A DNA stretch of 63,742 nucleotides, counting the filler, from Octopus bimaculoides (lineage: Eukaryota), in the NCBI RefSeq assembly GCF_001194135.2. It is 7 parts of 7 records of this genome, joined end to end, with 100 filler letters (N's around TTAATTAATTAA, not from the genome) between each part and the next. Parts side by side here need not be neighbours in the genome. Positions count along the whole stretch, not along the records: positions 1 to 25,301 come from NC_068986.1; positions 25,402 to 45,255 come from NC_068985.1; 5 more parts are not named here. One strand, written 5' to 3'. The translations under genes were made by a program, and so were the position numbers. Below the pieces are notes generated by a model. That model ran no database searches, had not been told where the DNA came from, and saw nothing but the letters and a program-made list of their open reading frames with translations. Position 1 is the stretch's first letter. Each line of letters starts with the position of its first letter. Positions 12,158-25,533 of this stretch are shown piece by piece.

Positions 12158-12330
12158 TGTTTCAGGCAGCGGTCATGCTGGGGCACCACATTGATGGGTT
12201 TAGTTGACCATATCGATCTCAGTGATTATTTTAAGCTTGCTATTTATTCCATTTGTCTCTGTAGCCGAACTGCGCTAATGTTACGCTAATGTTACGTAAA
12301 CACACCAGTATCGGTGGCCAAGCGATGTTA

Positions 12331-12385
<55 letters not shown>

Positions 12386-13158
12386 CATATATANNNNNNN
12401 NNNNNNNNNNNNNNNNNNNNNNNNNNNNNNNNNNNNNNNNNNNNNNNNNNNNNNNNNNNNNNNNNNNNNNNNNNNNNNNNNNNNNNNNNNNNNNNNNNNN
12501 NNNNNNNNNNNNNNNNNNNNNNNNNNNNNNNNNNNNNNNNNNNNNNNNNNNNNNNNNNNNNNNNNNNNNNNNNNNNNNNNNNNNNNNNNNNNNNNNNNNN
12601 NNNNNNNNNNNNNNNNNNNNNNNNNNNNNNNNNNNNNNNNNNNNNNNNNNNNNNNNNNNNNNNNNNNNNNNNNNNNNNNNNNNNNNNNNNNNNNNNNNNN
12701 NNNNNNNNNNNNNNNNNNNNNNNNNNNNNNNNNNNNNNNNNNNNNNNNNNNNNNNNNNNNNNNNNNNNNNNNNNNNNNNNNNNNNNNNNNNNNNNNNNNN
12801 NNNNNNNNNNNNNNNNNNNNNNNNNNNNNNNNNNNNNNNNNNNNNNNNNNNNNNNNNNNNNNNNNNNNNNNNNNNNNNNNNNNNNNNNNNNNNNNNNNNN
12901 NNNNNNNNNNNNNNNNNNNNNNNNNNNNNNNNNNNNNNNNNNNNNNNNNNNNNNNNNNNNNNNNNNNNNNNNNNNNNNNNNNNNNNNNNNNNNNNNNNNN
13001 NNNNNNNNNNNNNNNNNNNNNNNNNNNNNNNNNNNNNNNNNNNNNNNNNNNNNNNNNNNNNNNNNNNNNNNNNNNNNNNNNNNNNNNNNNNNNNNNNNNN
13101 NNNNNNNNNNNNNNNNNNNNNNNNNNNNNNNNNNNNNNNNNNNNNNNNNNNNNNNNNN

Positions 13159-13189
<31 letters not shown>

Positions 13190-13350
13190 AAACCGGCTTC
13201 TTTCAGTTTCCGTCTACCAAATCGACTAACAAGGCTTTGGTCGGCCCGAAGCCATAGTAGAAGACACTTGCCCAAGATGTCATGCAGTGGGGACTGAACC
13301 CGGAGACATGTGGTTGGTAAGCAAGCCACTTACCACACACAACCACTCTT
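12158..13350 (-). mobile_element. SINE family B, interrupted by microsatellite and gap
   Basis: Tail at 12158-12330 and head at 13190-13350 match other copies. Confidence 0.75.
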
Positions 13351-13850
13351 GTTAAATACAGTCGCTTTGAATTTACTTCAGAAAGAGGTTGACGTTGTGA
13401 TGGTTAGTTGGGGCGGGGTGCAAAGAATGTGGCCCGAGTGCAAAAATGTCTGGGAACCGTTGCTTTAGAGTATGCTTTTTTCTCGGAAATTTTAACTATT
13501 GGTGATGTGTGTGTGTATCTGTGTGTGTATGTGTGTGTATCTGTGTGTGTATGTGTGTGTGCATGCATACACAAGCATATACGTGTGCGTGTGCATGAGT
13601 GTGTATGTGTATATTCATACATATATATACACATACACGACAGTATTCTGTACATTTTCATATGCCAAATTCACTCACAATGTATTGGTTGGCCCAGGAC
13701 GTATAAGTTCAGCACAGTGAAATTGAACCAGAAAGAACATGGGTGCGAAACTAGCTTCTTAACCACACAACCATGCTCTCTTCGTTTCTGTTGCTCTTAT
13801 TTTTCTTTTCTGTTCTTTTCTTTTCTACCACAATAACAAGTCAACTGTAA

Positions 13851-13944
<94 letters not shown>

Positions 13945-14496
13945 TACTTAGTTCATTCCCGACAATCACTTCTACTCGAATCTATCAAGGATGCTCGCTT
14001 TTCCTTATTTCATTGTCTATAATTCAGCTATGATTCATCTGCACACAACCATCACTAGATACAGTGTACACACATTCGTGTGTGTATGTGTGTGTGTGGA
14101 CGTGCAATCTATGTGCGCGTGAGAATAAATTTGCACTCGGAAGTTAGGGTCTCACAACAGAACGCACAGCGTTTGTTTCATTACACTTTATGTATGTGCG
14201 CGTTCATATATATTTCCCATGTATATAAGGTTGTGTGCCTCTGTCTACCCAGGTGAAATGTTTAACAAAACTTTAGTTCCTTTCATCGATTTTATCTGGT
14301 GGTTGTGAATCAGTCCACTCGTGTTCGTTTTGATAGAATCCAAGCATTTCTAGGTTTCTATGCAACTCTGTTGTTACGTAACCTACCGTATCTATGATAA
14401 TAGGGGCATAAGAACATATGTAACCCGGATATTAGTGCTGTACGTTTCTCATTACTTCTCCACAAATGTTCTATTTTTCTTTCAATATATGTATAT

Positions 14497-14846
14497 ACTA
14501 GCTGTTGGACCCGGCTTTGTTTGTGCTTTCTGTGTTGAAGTTAAGCCCACATATGACCTTATATTGAAATCTTCTACGTTCCCTCGTGCCAACTATTACC
14601 CATTAAGAATGGAAAACAACATCGTTATGGGAATATCCATTCAAACGCCCGATTGAACTCACAAAAATCGATGCCAACTGAGCATTATCGAGTTTTCGTA
14701 AAATTTCGGCCTTATTTGAACTTCAGGGCATGTGATCTACCTATGTGCCAAAAAATCGTTAAAATCGGTAGGACGGTGTAGGAGGAGTTGGAGTAACTCC
14801 AAACATACACACAGACAGACATCATTACACATTTATGTATATAGAT
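14497..14846 (+). mobile_element. Probable non-autonomous Helitron (Lep1-like architecture)
   Basis: Begins ACTAGCTGTT..CCCGGC; subterminal AAAATCGGT..GG..TAGGAGGAG; ACAGACAGACA tract; ends TTTATGTATATAGAT. Recognised by resemblance; single copy in the window. Confidence 0.55.
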
Positions 14847-14848
14847 GT

Positions 14849-15066
14849 AAGGCGGCGTGCTAGCAGAAACGTTAGCACGCGGGACGAAATGCTTAGTGGT
14901 ATTTCATCTGTTTTTACGTTCTGAGCTCAAATTCCGCCGAGGTCGACTTTGCTTTCCATCTTTTCGGGGTTGATGAATTAAGTACCAGTTGCATAATGGG
15001 GTCGATCTAATCGACTGGCCCCCCCTCCTCAAAAATTTCGGACCTTGTGCCTATAGCAGAAAAGAA
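14849..15066 (+). mobile_element. SINE family A, full length
   Basis: AAGGCGGCG..GCAGAAACGTTAGCACG head, B-box and core. Confidence 0.9.
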
Positions 15067-15097
15067 TATATATGTATGTTCTTTTATCATTATTTTT

Positions 15098-15275
15098 TTC
15101 AGTCATTAAATTACGGCCATGCTGGAGCACCACCTTGAAGAGATTTTAGTCAAATGAATCGACCCCAGTACTTAATTATTTGCCGAACCGTTAAGTTACG
15201 GGGACGTAAACATACCAACACCGGTTGTTAATCGGAGGTGGTGTCAAACACAGACACAATGAAACACAGACACAA

Positions 15276-15318
<43 letters not shown>

Positions 15319-15490
15319 CACACGCACATATATACATACATACGACGGGCTTCCTCCAGTTTCCATCAGCCAAATCCACTCACAAGGCTTTGGTCGGAAC
15401 GTGGCTATAATAGAAGACATTTGCCCAAGGTGCTACGCAGTGAGACTGAACCCGGAACCAAGTGGTTATGAAGGAAGCTTCTTAGCCAAT
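15098..15490 (-). mobile_element. SINE family B, near full length
   Basis: Head and tail both present around a (CA)n tract. Confidence 0.85.
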
Positions 15491-16304
15491 GAAGAAATAG
15501 CCAGTTTCAAACCCAGACCCAAAGGTCCTTCATTGGGATTTCAAAATTATCAATAGGGGAGATGCGTATGTATGTTTATGCATGTGAAAGTATTTGGAGT
15601 CAGTGCCCATGCAGTTCTTTATATTCTGTTTTATGTATGTACACTCATTCATATATTTGCCTTCCTAGACATATGCACATGTATAAACCTCGCTGCTCTA
15701 CTGAGCCGAGTATCGTACCCTTTGCTGGTTTCAGGGATTCTTGATATTGCTAGAGCGAGCCACTGTGGTGTCGTGCAAGACAAGACGCACGTGACTTAAA
15801 AACCTTGCACAAGCATCGCTGACACCTCTGTCCAACGATGGTCACGCTCGTCTAACCAGGAGACAGTCAGTATATTTGAATGTATGGATGGATGGATGGA
15901 TGGATGGATGGATGGATGGATGGATGGATGGTTGCTTATCTGTATGTATATTGCGGTTAGCATATCTCTCTCACGAGATCACTAGTTAGATCCCTTTTTA
16001 ACAATCGATTGGCTGGCAAATCGTTTGATCTCATATCAGACATTGAAACTAAAACAATGTTATCTTAAACGGATAATATTAGACATTGAAGGACACCTGT
16101 TATATTCCCTTCTGGTTTATCATCGTTTCTTTCGAATCTTACACTTTGGTTTCCAATTTTGGCACAGGGCAAGCAATGTCGAGAGTGCAGGGCAAATTGC
16201 TTTCAGTGCTCAACTGGTACTTATTTTATCGAGTGTGAAAAGCAAAGAGAATGTCAGTGGAATTTGAACTCCTACCAGCAATATTACCTTATTACGTATC
16301 AAAA

Positions 16305-16732
16305 AGGCGGCAATCTGGCAGAAACGTTAGCACGCCGGGCGAAATGCTTAGCAGTATTTCGTCTGTCTTTACGTTCTGAGTTCAAATTCCGCTGAGGTCG
16401 ACTTTACCTTTCATCCTTTCGGGGTCGATTAAATAAATACCAGTTACACAATGGGGTCGATATAATCGACTTAATCCGTTTGTCCTTGTTTGTCCCCTCT
16501 TTGTTTAGCCCCTTGTAGGCAGTAAAGAAATAAGAAACGTTAGCATACCGGGCAAAATGCTTAGCGGTATTTCGTCTGTCTTTACGTTCTGAGTTCAAAT
16601 TCTGCCGAAGTCAACTTTGCCTTTCATCCTTTCGGGGTCGATAAATTAAGTACCAGTTGCGTATTCGGATCGATCTAATCGACTGGCCCCCCTCCCCCAA
16701 AATTTCGGGTCTTGTGCCTAGAGTAGAAAAGA
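16305..16732 (+). mobile_element. Dimeric SINE family A with 16-bp target-site duplication
   Basis: TSD TTATTACGTATCAAAA at 16289-16304 and 16733-16748; second unit starts at AAACGTTAGC. Confidence 0.9.
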
Positions 16733-16999
16733 TTATTACGTATCAAAATATTTTGTCATGGGAGTGGCAGGAATGGACTACAAGACGGATTCCTTAAGCC
16801 AAATTGACTGGCATGAGACTTAGAGGTGGACCATGAAAGAGATGGGTAGCCGATAGTTAGGGTTTCAGTTACTAGATTATTTACAGAACAACATAGAAAA
16901 GATACAAAAGGCAGTGGATAAAGAACGAGTAATCAAGACTGGAAAAAGAGAAAAAGATAAGAATGAAACTCAAAGAGAACATGTTAAGAAAATTGTACT

Positions 17000-17215
17000 T
17001 CCTACAAAGTACTTGAAATTTTCGTTTCTGATAAAGCTTCCAATGTAAAACTTTCGCAACTTGGTCATGCCTCCATTTCTTATATTCTCCTTGCTCCAGC
17101 TTGGGACATTCTGCAACAGTGTGTGCCATCGTTTCACTCTTAATTACACATACTCTACATTTTGCCGGTACCTTCTTCCCATTCACATATTCTCTCAAGT
17201 TGTTTCATTGCAACA
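17000..17215 (-). mobile_element. R4/Dong-type LINE fragment, CCHC zinc knuckle
   Basis: CRVCVIKSETMAHTVAECPKLEQGEYKKWRHDQVAKVLHWKL = CxxC..ET..H....C....Y..RHD motif of RLE-type non-LTR elements. Confidence 0.85.
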
Positions 17216-17318
17216 CCTGGTGTAGAGCTACTATTTCTGTAATTTCAACCATTCACTGACGTCCATTCAGCCGATATACATTAAGTGCCGACTACATAAA
17301 CAAACGATTCTGAAACAA

Positions 17319-17358
17319 TTAACCCTAACCCTAACCGTAGGGTTAGGGTTAGGGTTAA
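17319..17358. repeat. Perfect 18-bp inverted repeat of telomere-type hexamers with GTAG spacer
   Basis: TTAACCCTAACCCTAACC-GTAG-GGTTAGGGTTAGGGTTAA. Confidence 0.95.
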
Positions 17359-18663
17359 AGCAAATTTAAAATGAAAAAAGCAAATAAAACGAAGGTATGG
17401 AGATTAAATACGCTTTACATCGCTTAATCAGCCAAAGGAGTACTGAATACTTGTCAGTGATTGGTTGAAATTATCAAAATAAGACAATTTTTTACATGAA
17501 ATAAATTCGAATACAAAAATATTTTTCTGTTCTATAAGACAAAATAGATANNNNNNNNNNNNNNNNNNNNNNNNNNNNNNNNNNNNNNNNNNNNNNNNNN
17601 NNNNNNNNNNNNNNNNNNNNNNNNNNNNNNNNNNNNNNNNNNNNNNNNNNNNNNNNNNNNNNNNNNNNNNNNNNNNNNNNNNNNNNNNNNNNNNNNNNNN
17701 NNNNNNNNNNNNNNNNNNNNNNNNNNNNNNNNNNNNNNNNNNNNNNNNNNNNNNNNNNNNNNNNNNNNNNNNNNNNNNNNNNNNNNNNNNNNNNNNNNNN
17801 NNNNNNNNNNNNNNNNNNNNNNNNNNNNNNNNNNNNNNNNNNNNNNNNNNNNNNNNNNNNNNNNNNNNNNNNNNNNNNNNNNNNNNNNNNNNNNNNNNNN
17901 NNNNNNNNNNNNNNNNNNNNNNNNNNNNNNNNNNNNNNNNNNNNNNNNNNNNNNNNNNNNNNNNNNNNNNNNNNNNNNNNNNNNNNNNNNNNNNNNNNNN
18001 NNNNNNNNNNNNNNNNNNNNNNNNNNNNNNNNNNNNNNNNNNNNNNNNNNNNNNNNNNNNNNNNNNNNNNNNNNNGTTTTTTGTTTTGTTTGTTGTTTTT
18101 TTTGTTATTATTATTTTTTTTTTTTTTTTACGGGCAATGTATCTAATTATCGATGGCCGAAATTCACTTAAATCAAATCAGGTAATAAAAGTTGGTCAAT
18201 TTCACTCTTACCTGCATAAAGAAAAATGCAACTTTTTTTTTGTTTTATCTTTTACTTATTTCAGTCATTAGACTGCGGTCATGCTGGGGCACCACCTTGA
18301 GGGATTTTTGTCGAATGAATCGACCCCACACCAACACCGGTTGCCAAATGGTGTGGGGTACAAATACACACTCACGTGTATGCGTGCGTACGTGCGTGTG
18401 TGTGTGCGCGCGCGTGTTTAATGATTATGAAGGTGTTGTTGATTGAAATACATTTCATCTTTAAAATTTATTAAGATCTACAGGTAGAATAAAATAAATC
18501 ATCATCAACATCATCATCCACATCATCATCATCATCATCATCATCATCGTCATATTCATCAAAATCATTAGTTTTATCATTATTGTGTGGGGAGGAACAC
18601 AGTCTAAATGTGTACACCAACACCTGGTTCATGAGTACCTTTAATATGTCGCAGGTATTTCAT

Positions 18664-18880
18664 GCGGTGGGTTGGCAGGTGCGTTAGCACACCGGACAAA
18701 AGGCTTAACGGCATTTCGTCCGTCTTTACGTTCTGAGTTCAAATTCGGCAGAGTTCGACTCTGCCTTTCATCCTTTCGAGGTCGATAAAATAAATACCAG
18801 CTGCGTACTGGGGTCGATGTAATTGATTTATTCCCCTCACCCAGACCTACTAGCCTCGTGCCCAAAATTTGAAGCCAATA
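18664..18880 (+). mobile_element. SINE family A
   Basis: Family head, B-box and core. Confidence 0.8.
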
Positions 18881-18940
18881 TATTGCAAACATTCCGGTCA
18901 GGTCTTTTAGTAGAGGATAATTCCTGTCGAATCCCCCATC

Positions 18941-19094
18941 CACTAGCATAGCTAGGGAGTGGGGCATCGGTAAGGGCGTCTCCCCCCCCCCCCCGGGCGG
19001 TACTTTTATAGGGGCACTACTTTTGGGCCTGCTGTAGACAATATGTGCTTTTTGTGCGGTCCGGGGGCGGCACGCACTCTAGCTACGCTAGTTG
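18941..19094. mobile_element. MITE, probably hAT-type
   Basis: Imperfect TIRs CACTAGCATAGCTAGGGAGTG / CACTCTAGCTACGCTAGTTG; CCCATC repeated on both flanks. Confidence 0.6.
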
Positions 19095-19849
19095 TCCCAT
19101 CCACTAGGCTCAGAGACCCTGAAAAGATAAAGAACCAAGGGCAGACATATGGATGACTCGATACCCGATTAAGTGAACAATGTCATTTTAAGTGGGTCAG
19201 AGGCGATAGCGTACAAGACAAGTAATACAAGGTCGCTTGTGTGATAAAGAAAGCAGAAAGTCTGGTGATTCCTCGAACACGAGCATGGAGGCATGGAACA
19301 CTCGTGCTGTATATAAAGTGCGCGCACGCGTGCGTGTGTCTATATGTGTCCGTGTGTGTGTGTGTCGGTGTCAGTGTGACAATACTAACGCAAATATACA
19401 CGCGCATTTACATGACAAACTGAAAAGCAGGCACTCTTACATGTTCTAACTTGTAGGTATGGTATATGTTATAAAGTATAGATATGGTGCATATATATTC
19501 GTGTGTGTGTTGTGTGTGTGTATATATATAGATGTGTATGTGTGTGTGTATATATATATATGTATGTAACTATGATGGTGGTAAATATGTTTATATTCAC
19601 ATCACTAGATCGNNNNNNNNNNNNNNNNNNNNNNNNNNNNNNNNNNNNNNNNNNNNNNNNNNNNNNNNNNNNNNNNNNNNNNNNNNNNNNNNNNNNNNNN
19701 NNNNNNNNNNNNNNNNNNNNNNNNNNNNNNNNNTGTATGTATTTACATATATATAGGTATACATATGTATGTACACAGACATGCAGGAAGTAAATAGACA
19801 CCTTTAATTTTCAAAATTTTTTTTATTTAATACACAAAGCGAACAATTG

Positions 19850-20400
19850 AAATGTAATCGTTAGGTAGGACTACATACTTTAGTATTTAGTCGACATTCC
19901 CTTTGCAGTTTTTAATTCAGAAACTCTTTTTGGCATTGAACTGATGAGCTTTGTGATTGTCTCTTGTGGAATTTCTGAGTTTACAGACTAATTGTGACAG
20001 AAGCTTAGAATTTTCCCTGTTATTTGATCTGAGAGAGTAGTACACTGAAGGAAGAAGCGATTCTTGAAAGTGTTTGTTGTTAGTCTCGTACAATTTCCTG
20101 AAATGTCATCTGAAGGTGTTATAGATCTTTATACAAATTCTTCATAGAAGTTTCCAAAGAGGACATGTGGGTGGATATCGACAGGGATAGGTTGGCTGGT
20201 AAGGTATTGGTTGATAAGGAGTTATATTGCTTGTAGCTTTTGATCCGAAGAGGAGATCTTAATATGCGAGATGGACATCTCTTGGTATCTGTGTGTAAAA
20301 ATATTATATCACTACTAGGAAATTCCTAGTTATATTTCCGGTGACTTGTAAGTTGTGCAGCAGAATAAACCACGTCACTTTCCTCTTCGAGTACTCTGCT
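19850..20400 (-). pseudogene. Degenerate Penelope-like ORF (post-RT region into GIY-YIG endonuclease)
   Basis: Minus-strand fragments SKRKVTWF..QVTGNITRNFL, YPCRYPPTCPL, TTNTFKNRF..NRENSKLLSQLVCKLR resemble PLE 'RKIIWFNPP..V.TNIG..FL', 'CPL' and 'FK.RY.NH..LS.Y.W.LK' motifs. Confidence 0.65.
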
Positions 20401-20562
20401 ATTTGTATGTCACGTTACATCTCATCTACATATACTAATCTTTTTTACTGTAGCTTCTCCTTTTGGAGATGGCATTATTGAAATTTAGCTTAAAATACGG
20501 ATCACACACAGAGACAAACAAAAAATTGAATTTTTTTGCAAATATTTACATTATATACTCTT

Positions 20563-20921
20563 ACTCTTTTACTCTTTTACTTGTTTCAGTCATTTTGACT
20601 GCAGCCATGCTGGAGCACCGCCTTTTGTCGAGTGCAAATCGATCCCAGGACTTATTCTTTGTAAACCTAGTACTTATTCTATCGTTCTCTTTTGCCGACC
20701 CGCTAAGTTACGGGAACGTAAACACACGATGCCAAGCGANNNNNNNNNNNNNNNNNNNNNNNNNNNNNNNNNNNNNNNNNNNNNNNNNNNNNNNNNNNNN
20801 NNNNNNNNNNNNNNNNNNNNNNNNNNNNNNNNNNNNNNNNNNNNNNNNNNNNNNNNNNNNNNNNNNNNNGGGGGGGGGGGGACAAACACAGACACAAAAA
20901 ATACACACACACACACACATG

Positions 20922-20960
<39 letters not shown>

Positions 20961-21122
20961 GACGGCTTCTTTCAGTTTCCGTCTACCAAATCCACTCACA
21001 AGTCTTTGGTCGGTCCGAGGCTGTAATAGAAGACACTTGCCCAAGGTACCACGCAGTGGGATTGAACCCGGAACCATGTAGTTCGTAAGCAAGCTATTTA
21101 CCACACAGCCACTCCTGCGCCT
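20563..21122 (-). mobile_element. SINE family B, full length with internal gap
   Basis: Head AGGCGCAGGAGTGGCTGTGTGG and (AAAAGAGT)n tail. Confidence 0.88.
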
Positions 21123-21620
21123 AGATATAAAACAAAACGATATTTACATAAAGCTGGAGAAATATCAACCGAACGTATCGAAACACATGGTTACATTATG
21201 CATATGCACAAACACACACTAATATATGTCTGTGTGTGTATATATGCGTGTGTTCGTGTGCCTGTGGGTGAGTTGTGTGTGAGATCAAATACTGTATTGA
21301 AGAACAGGCTATAAACAGCAATAAATCGAAAACAGCGTAAAATGGTTAGTAAAGTGTGATTTCCTTTTTCGGTAAAAACATGCAGTAATACTTATTTCGA
21401 AATTTATTTTATATGAAAATTTTTCCTTCAAATGTGGTTTTCTGCTTTTGTAAAATTCACTTCGTGAAACTATGCGTTAATATTTTTACGGTGAAACTTT
21501 TATATGAAAAGGCATTTTTCATGTGAAAACATTATTTTGTATCTTTGATTCGATATAGATATAGATATAATAGTAATATTTACCTCATATATTGAAAAAT
21601 AAAATTTGGTTCAGTCAACT

Positions 21621-21688
<68 letters not shown>

Positions 21689-21919
21689 NNNNNNNNNNNN
21701 NNNNNNNNNNNNNNNNNNNNNNNNNNNNNNNNNNNNNNNNNNNNNNNNNNNNNNNNNNNNNNNNNNNNNNNNNNNNNNNNNNNNNNNNNNNNNNNNNNNN
21801 NNNNNNNNNNNNNNNNNNNNNNNNNNNNNNNNNNNNNNNNNNNNNNNNNNNNNNNNNNNNNNNNNNNNNNNNNNNNNNNNNNNNNNNNNNNNNNNNNNNN
21901 NNNNNNNNNNNNNCCCGTC

Positions 21920-22008
<89 letters not shown>

Positions 22009-22847
22009 CAGACAGACAGACTGACAGACAGACAGACAGACAGACAGAGATAGATAGACATGTACATGTTCTTTAAATGAATACACGCATACGCGCACAA
22101 GTGCCTAAGTACTACAGAAGCAGGTTCTCACAACGTAAGTGCAGGGGGGCACACCTGCATCTCTGCACACGCTAACCCAACCACGTATTTACAAATCCTG
22201 GGAACTGTTTTTGTTACTTTCTTAGTGACCGACTTGAACTCCAAGGAGAACTTAAATAAATCTCAAACAAAAACATACATACATACATACATACATACAT
22301 ACATACATACATACATACATAGGAACAAGTCTTTTATCTATGTATGAATGTTTGCCTGTTGGCAGAAGCGGTTGAGAATCGGACAAAATACTTTTACAAG
22401 TTATATTGGAAATCTATAAGCTCTGAACTCAAATCCCAACAGCACTCCACAAACACCTCTGTGATCAACGTCACCTTTCATCACTTACAGAGTGGTCAAA
22501 ATAAAGTAGCTGTCACGAACCGGAATCGATGTAATTGACTGACTTTTTCTTTCGAAATTGCTGACTTTGTGCTGAAACAAAAGACAATACTTTTGTGAAA
22601 AAGCAACAAAAGCTATTCTTGTTTCGTTTAGCGCCAAGTTGTCCCTCAGCTAATCTATGATCTAAATCATTTCAGCTATGAATATTTCGTCTTTTTTTCA
22701 GTCATAGTATATATGTAAGATTACAGTATCCGATATGCTTTCTCTTAGGTTCATATATTAAGTTGGAAAGATAGGCCTGTCGTATTTTAAGATGAGAAAG
22801 AAACAAATGCTTCTTTAGTCTTTATTGGTATAGTTAGTCAAGATAAT

Positions 22848-23107
22848 GTGGAGGCGCGTGGCTTAGTGGTTAGGGTGTCAGCATCATGATCATAAGATTG
22901 TGGTTTCGATTCCTCGACCGAGTAACGCGCTGTGTTCTTGAGCAAAACACTTTATTTCACGTTGCTCCAGTCCACTTAGCTGGCAAAAATGAGTAACGCT
23001 GCGATAGACTGGCGTCCCGTCCAGCTGGGGAACGCATACGCCATTGAAACCGGGAAACCGGGCCCATGAGCCTGGCTATGCTTTAAAAGGGCGCATTTAT
23101 TTTATTA
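22848..23107 (+). mobile_element. tRNA-derived SINE family D with 14-bp TSD
   Basis: A-box TGGCTTAGTGG, B-box GGTTTCGATTCC; TSD TTAGTCAAGATAAT at 22834-47 and 23108-21; tail shared with family C. Confidence 0.9.
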
Positions 23108-25497
23108 TTAGTCAAGATAATATTTTCCCCTCTATATTGATAGCGTAATATTATGTATTTGGCAAATTGTTGATCTTTCGGGAGTAAAATTCTTCAGGTT
23201 CGAAACAAAAAAACATTCAGCATCATTTTTAACCTCTTCACTATTAATAAACTGTTTCCCGCTAAATAATGTTAGAATGACCAGAAACGTTGATAGCCAG
23301 ATGGACCAAGGTTGGGAAAGAAAAGAGGATGCAGCAAAACTTCCATATTTAGTACAATAATCCTTTCCTGAGTTACTTGCGCACCGAGAGTAATATTTTA
23401 ATGAAAAGGGAAATCATTTACGTTAGTGTCAGGAGGGATAAGGGAGAGAATTCTTGAATATAAAATGGTTAAAAATTAAATAAAGACATTAAGGGTTGAT
23501 TAACCCTAATCTTTGGTGACATATATACTACGTCACTACCAGTTATTAAAATGACAATAAAAGGATGTAGTTATGTATGAAAATTATTCATCGACTGCAT
23601 GATTTATCAACGTATGGTATATTTTATAGAAAACAGAACCAAAAGGGTAATAACTAGGATTAGTTTGGGGGGAAATATGGTGTCGTTTGTTGTTAAGCCA
23701 GTGATTCAAATGAATGAAAATTTCGTTTATCTTATCAGTTGAGGTTTTGCTGACTACGAGGTTTACACGCTGATGACACTTCAATAACATGCATATGATT
23801 AGAGAGAAAGGTAGGCAGTTTAGACTGACATTGCCTTCACGTGAAATTGAAGGTCTTTCTGACATTAAAGATTAGGTTTTATTTACAATTTTATTCGATT
23901 CATTTCCCAGACAGCTGGATATACAGGGAGTAGCAAATATATTAAAAAAATACTCAGACTTATATGAACTTCGCGACGAGCTTCCTCACTTTCCGGGATG
24001 TTAAGGGCCTGGGAAATGATTGGTCGGTGTAAAAAAATTCAAAAGTACCGTCGATGCTCTCACAGACTGTAAATAGTAAATACTTGGAGTGCACCAGTAT
24101 AAATCATGGGGTCACTGAAAATCAAACGGTCGTTCATTAGCTACAGAAAGGTACCTTTTTCATTGGCCTAAATTTACTAGCGCCACAGCAATGGCAATGT
24201 AAAATATAGGATGTTTCTCAGTCGAACCCGGCATTTCTAATACTTGAAAATAAGTTGGTCATCATAGCTGGGCGATAAACTGGAATTTATTATTTCTGTC
24301 CAGTTATATGTGTGTATATTTATTGTGAGTTGGCAGAATTGTTAGAGCGTCGGAAAGAATTGTTTTGCAGTATGAAAGCGAAAAAAAAAATTCACCTTCT
24401 TATCACCGTCCCTGTGTCTATAAATGTCATCATTTGGCTGAAGTAATGATTTAAAGTTGCATGTTAGTTCAGCTACCGACTCGGAGTATGTGACAGAAAA
24501 CAACGAAGAAAAGGACCGAGATAATTGTTCATTAGCAATGTTGTTCACTATGGATGTGACACGAAGTCACTCAACCTCTTAGAAAAACTATCAGTTCGCA
24601 CATTACACCATAAAGGTTACACAGGACAGTATAGTTTCTAAAATATAAACAACAGAATAACAGAATGGTTGTTACAATTGTATTGCAGTTCCATTCGACT
24701 AAGGCTGATCAGGGAATACATAACAAAAAGAAAGAATAACACTTTCCCAATGACAACATTTCAAAATGCAATGGACGCTTGACTTCGGAATTTCTATCTC
24801 ACCATTCACTTCTTGTAGAAATATTTTACTCGTGCATTGGTTTGATGCTACTAAAGTTAGGCAAACAGTGATGGTGTTTTCATGCAGATAATGTTTTATC
24901 GTTTGTTTTTGTTAGCTATTATTATTGTTTTGATCGGTGCATATCGTACGTTTCCGGAAAAACCGGTCGTTTGCCTACAAAATGGAGAAGGTTTTATTGC
25001 CCGACTCTCCATTTATTAAATGAATATTATTTTTCTCTCAGAACGATCGTAAATTATGTGTTAGTTTTACTTATTTGTTGTTGCCATCGTTATTTTGGTT
25101 TCTGATGGTGGTTCCCAGCAAACCAACCAACCGACCAGCCAGCTAATTGATTAATCAATCAAACTTGAACTAACTTATAAACTGGTCAACAAATTATTTA
25201 CATGGCTTCCAAATGACGTCATCGTATCCAAAGTGATGCAGTCTTAAAACTGGCTTATACAGAGATGGCGTTGATTTATTTATTAAATTCGTTAATTATT
25301 CNNNNNNNNNNNNNNNNNNNNNNNNNNNNNNNNNNNNNNNNNNNNTTAATTAATTAANNNNNNNNNNNNNNNNNNNNNNNNNNNNNNNNNNNNNNNNNNN
25401 NTATATATATATATATATATTCACCATGATAGATCGCTGACCACTACATTTATATATTTTTTTCTCCTTGTTTCTCTTCTTGTTTCTTTCTGTGTTC

Positions 25498-25533
25498 CTT
25501 TCAGTTGAAGAGCGTAGGCTCGAAACGTCAAAG
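25498..25533 (+). ncRNA. Degenerate minimal hammerhead (no stem III loop) in a PLE-like short repeat (~25425-25625)
   Basis: CUUU-CAGUUGA-A-GAGC/GUAG/GCUC-GAAA-CG-UC-AAAG; stems I and II in register, core altered at U4 and A6. Confidence 0.55.

Noticed and set aside
21145-21200. Other hammerhead-like strings (also ~36780, ~38326, ~47725, ~57150 minus, ~57458, ~59955)
   Set aside because: Each needs several core or stem changes; indistinguishable from chance by eye.
25346-25357. TTAATTAATTAA islands inside N-runs (also 45300, 49592, 56643, 58991, 62204)
   Set aside because: An identical 12-mer with stops in all six frames, always between N-runs of similar length: an assembly linker, not biology.
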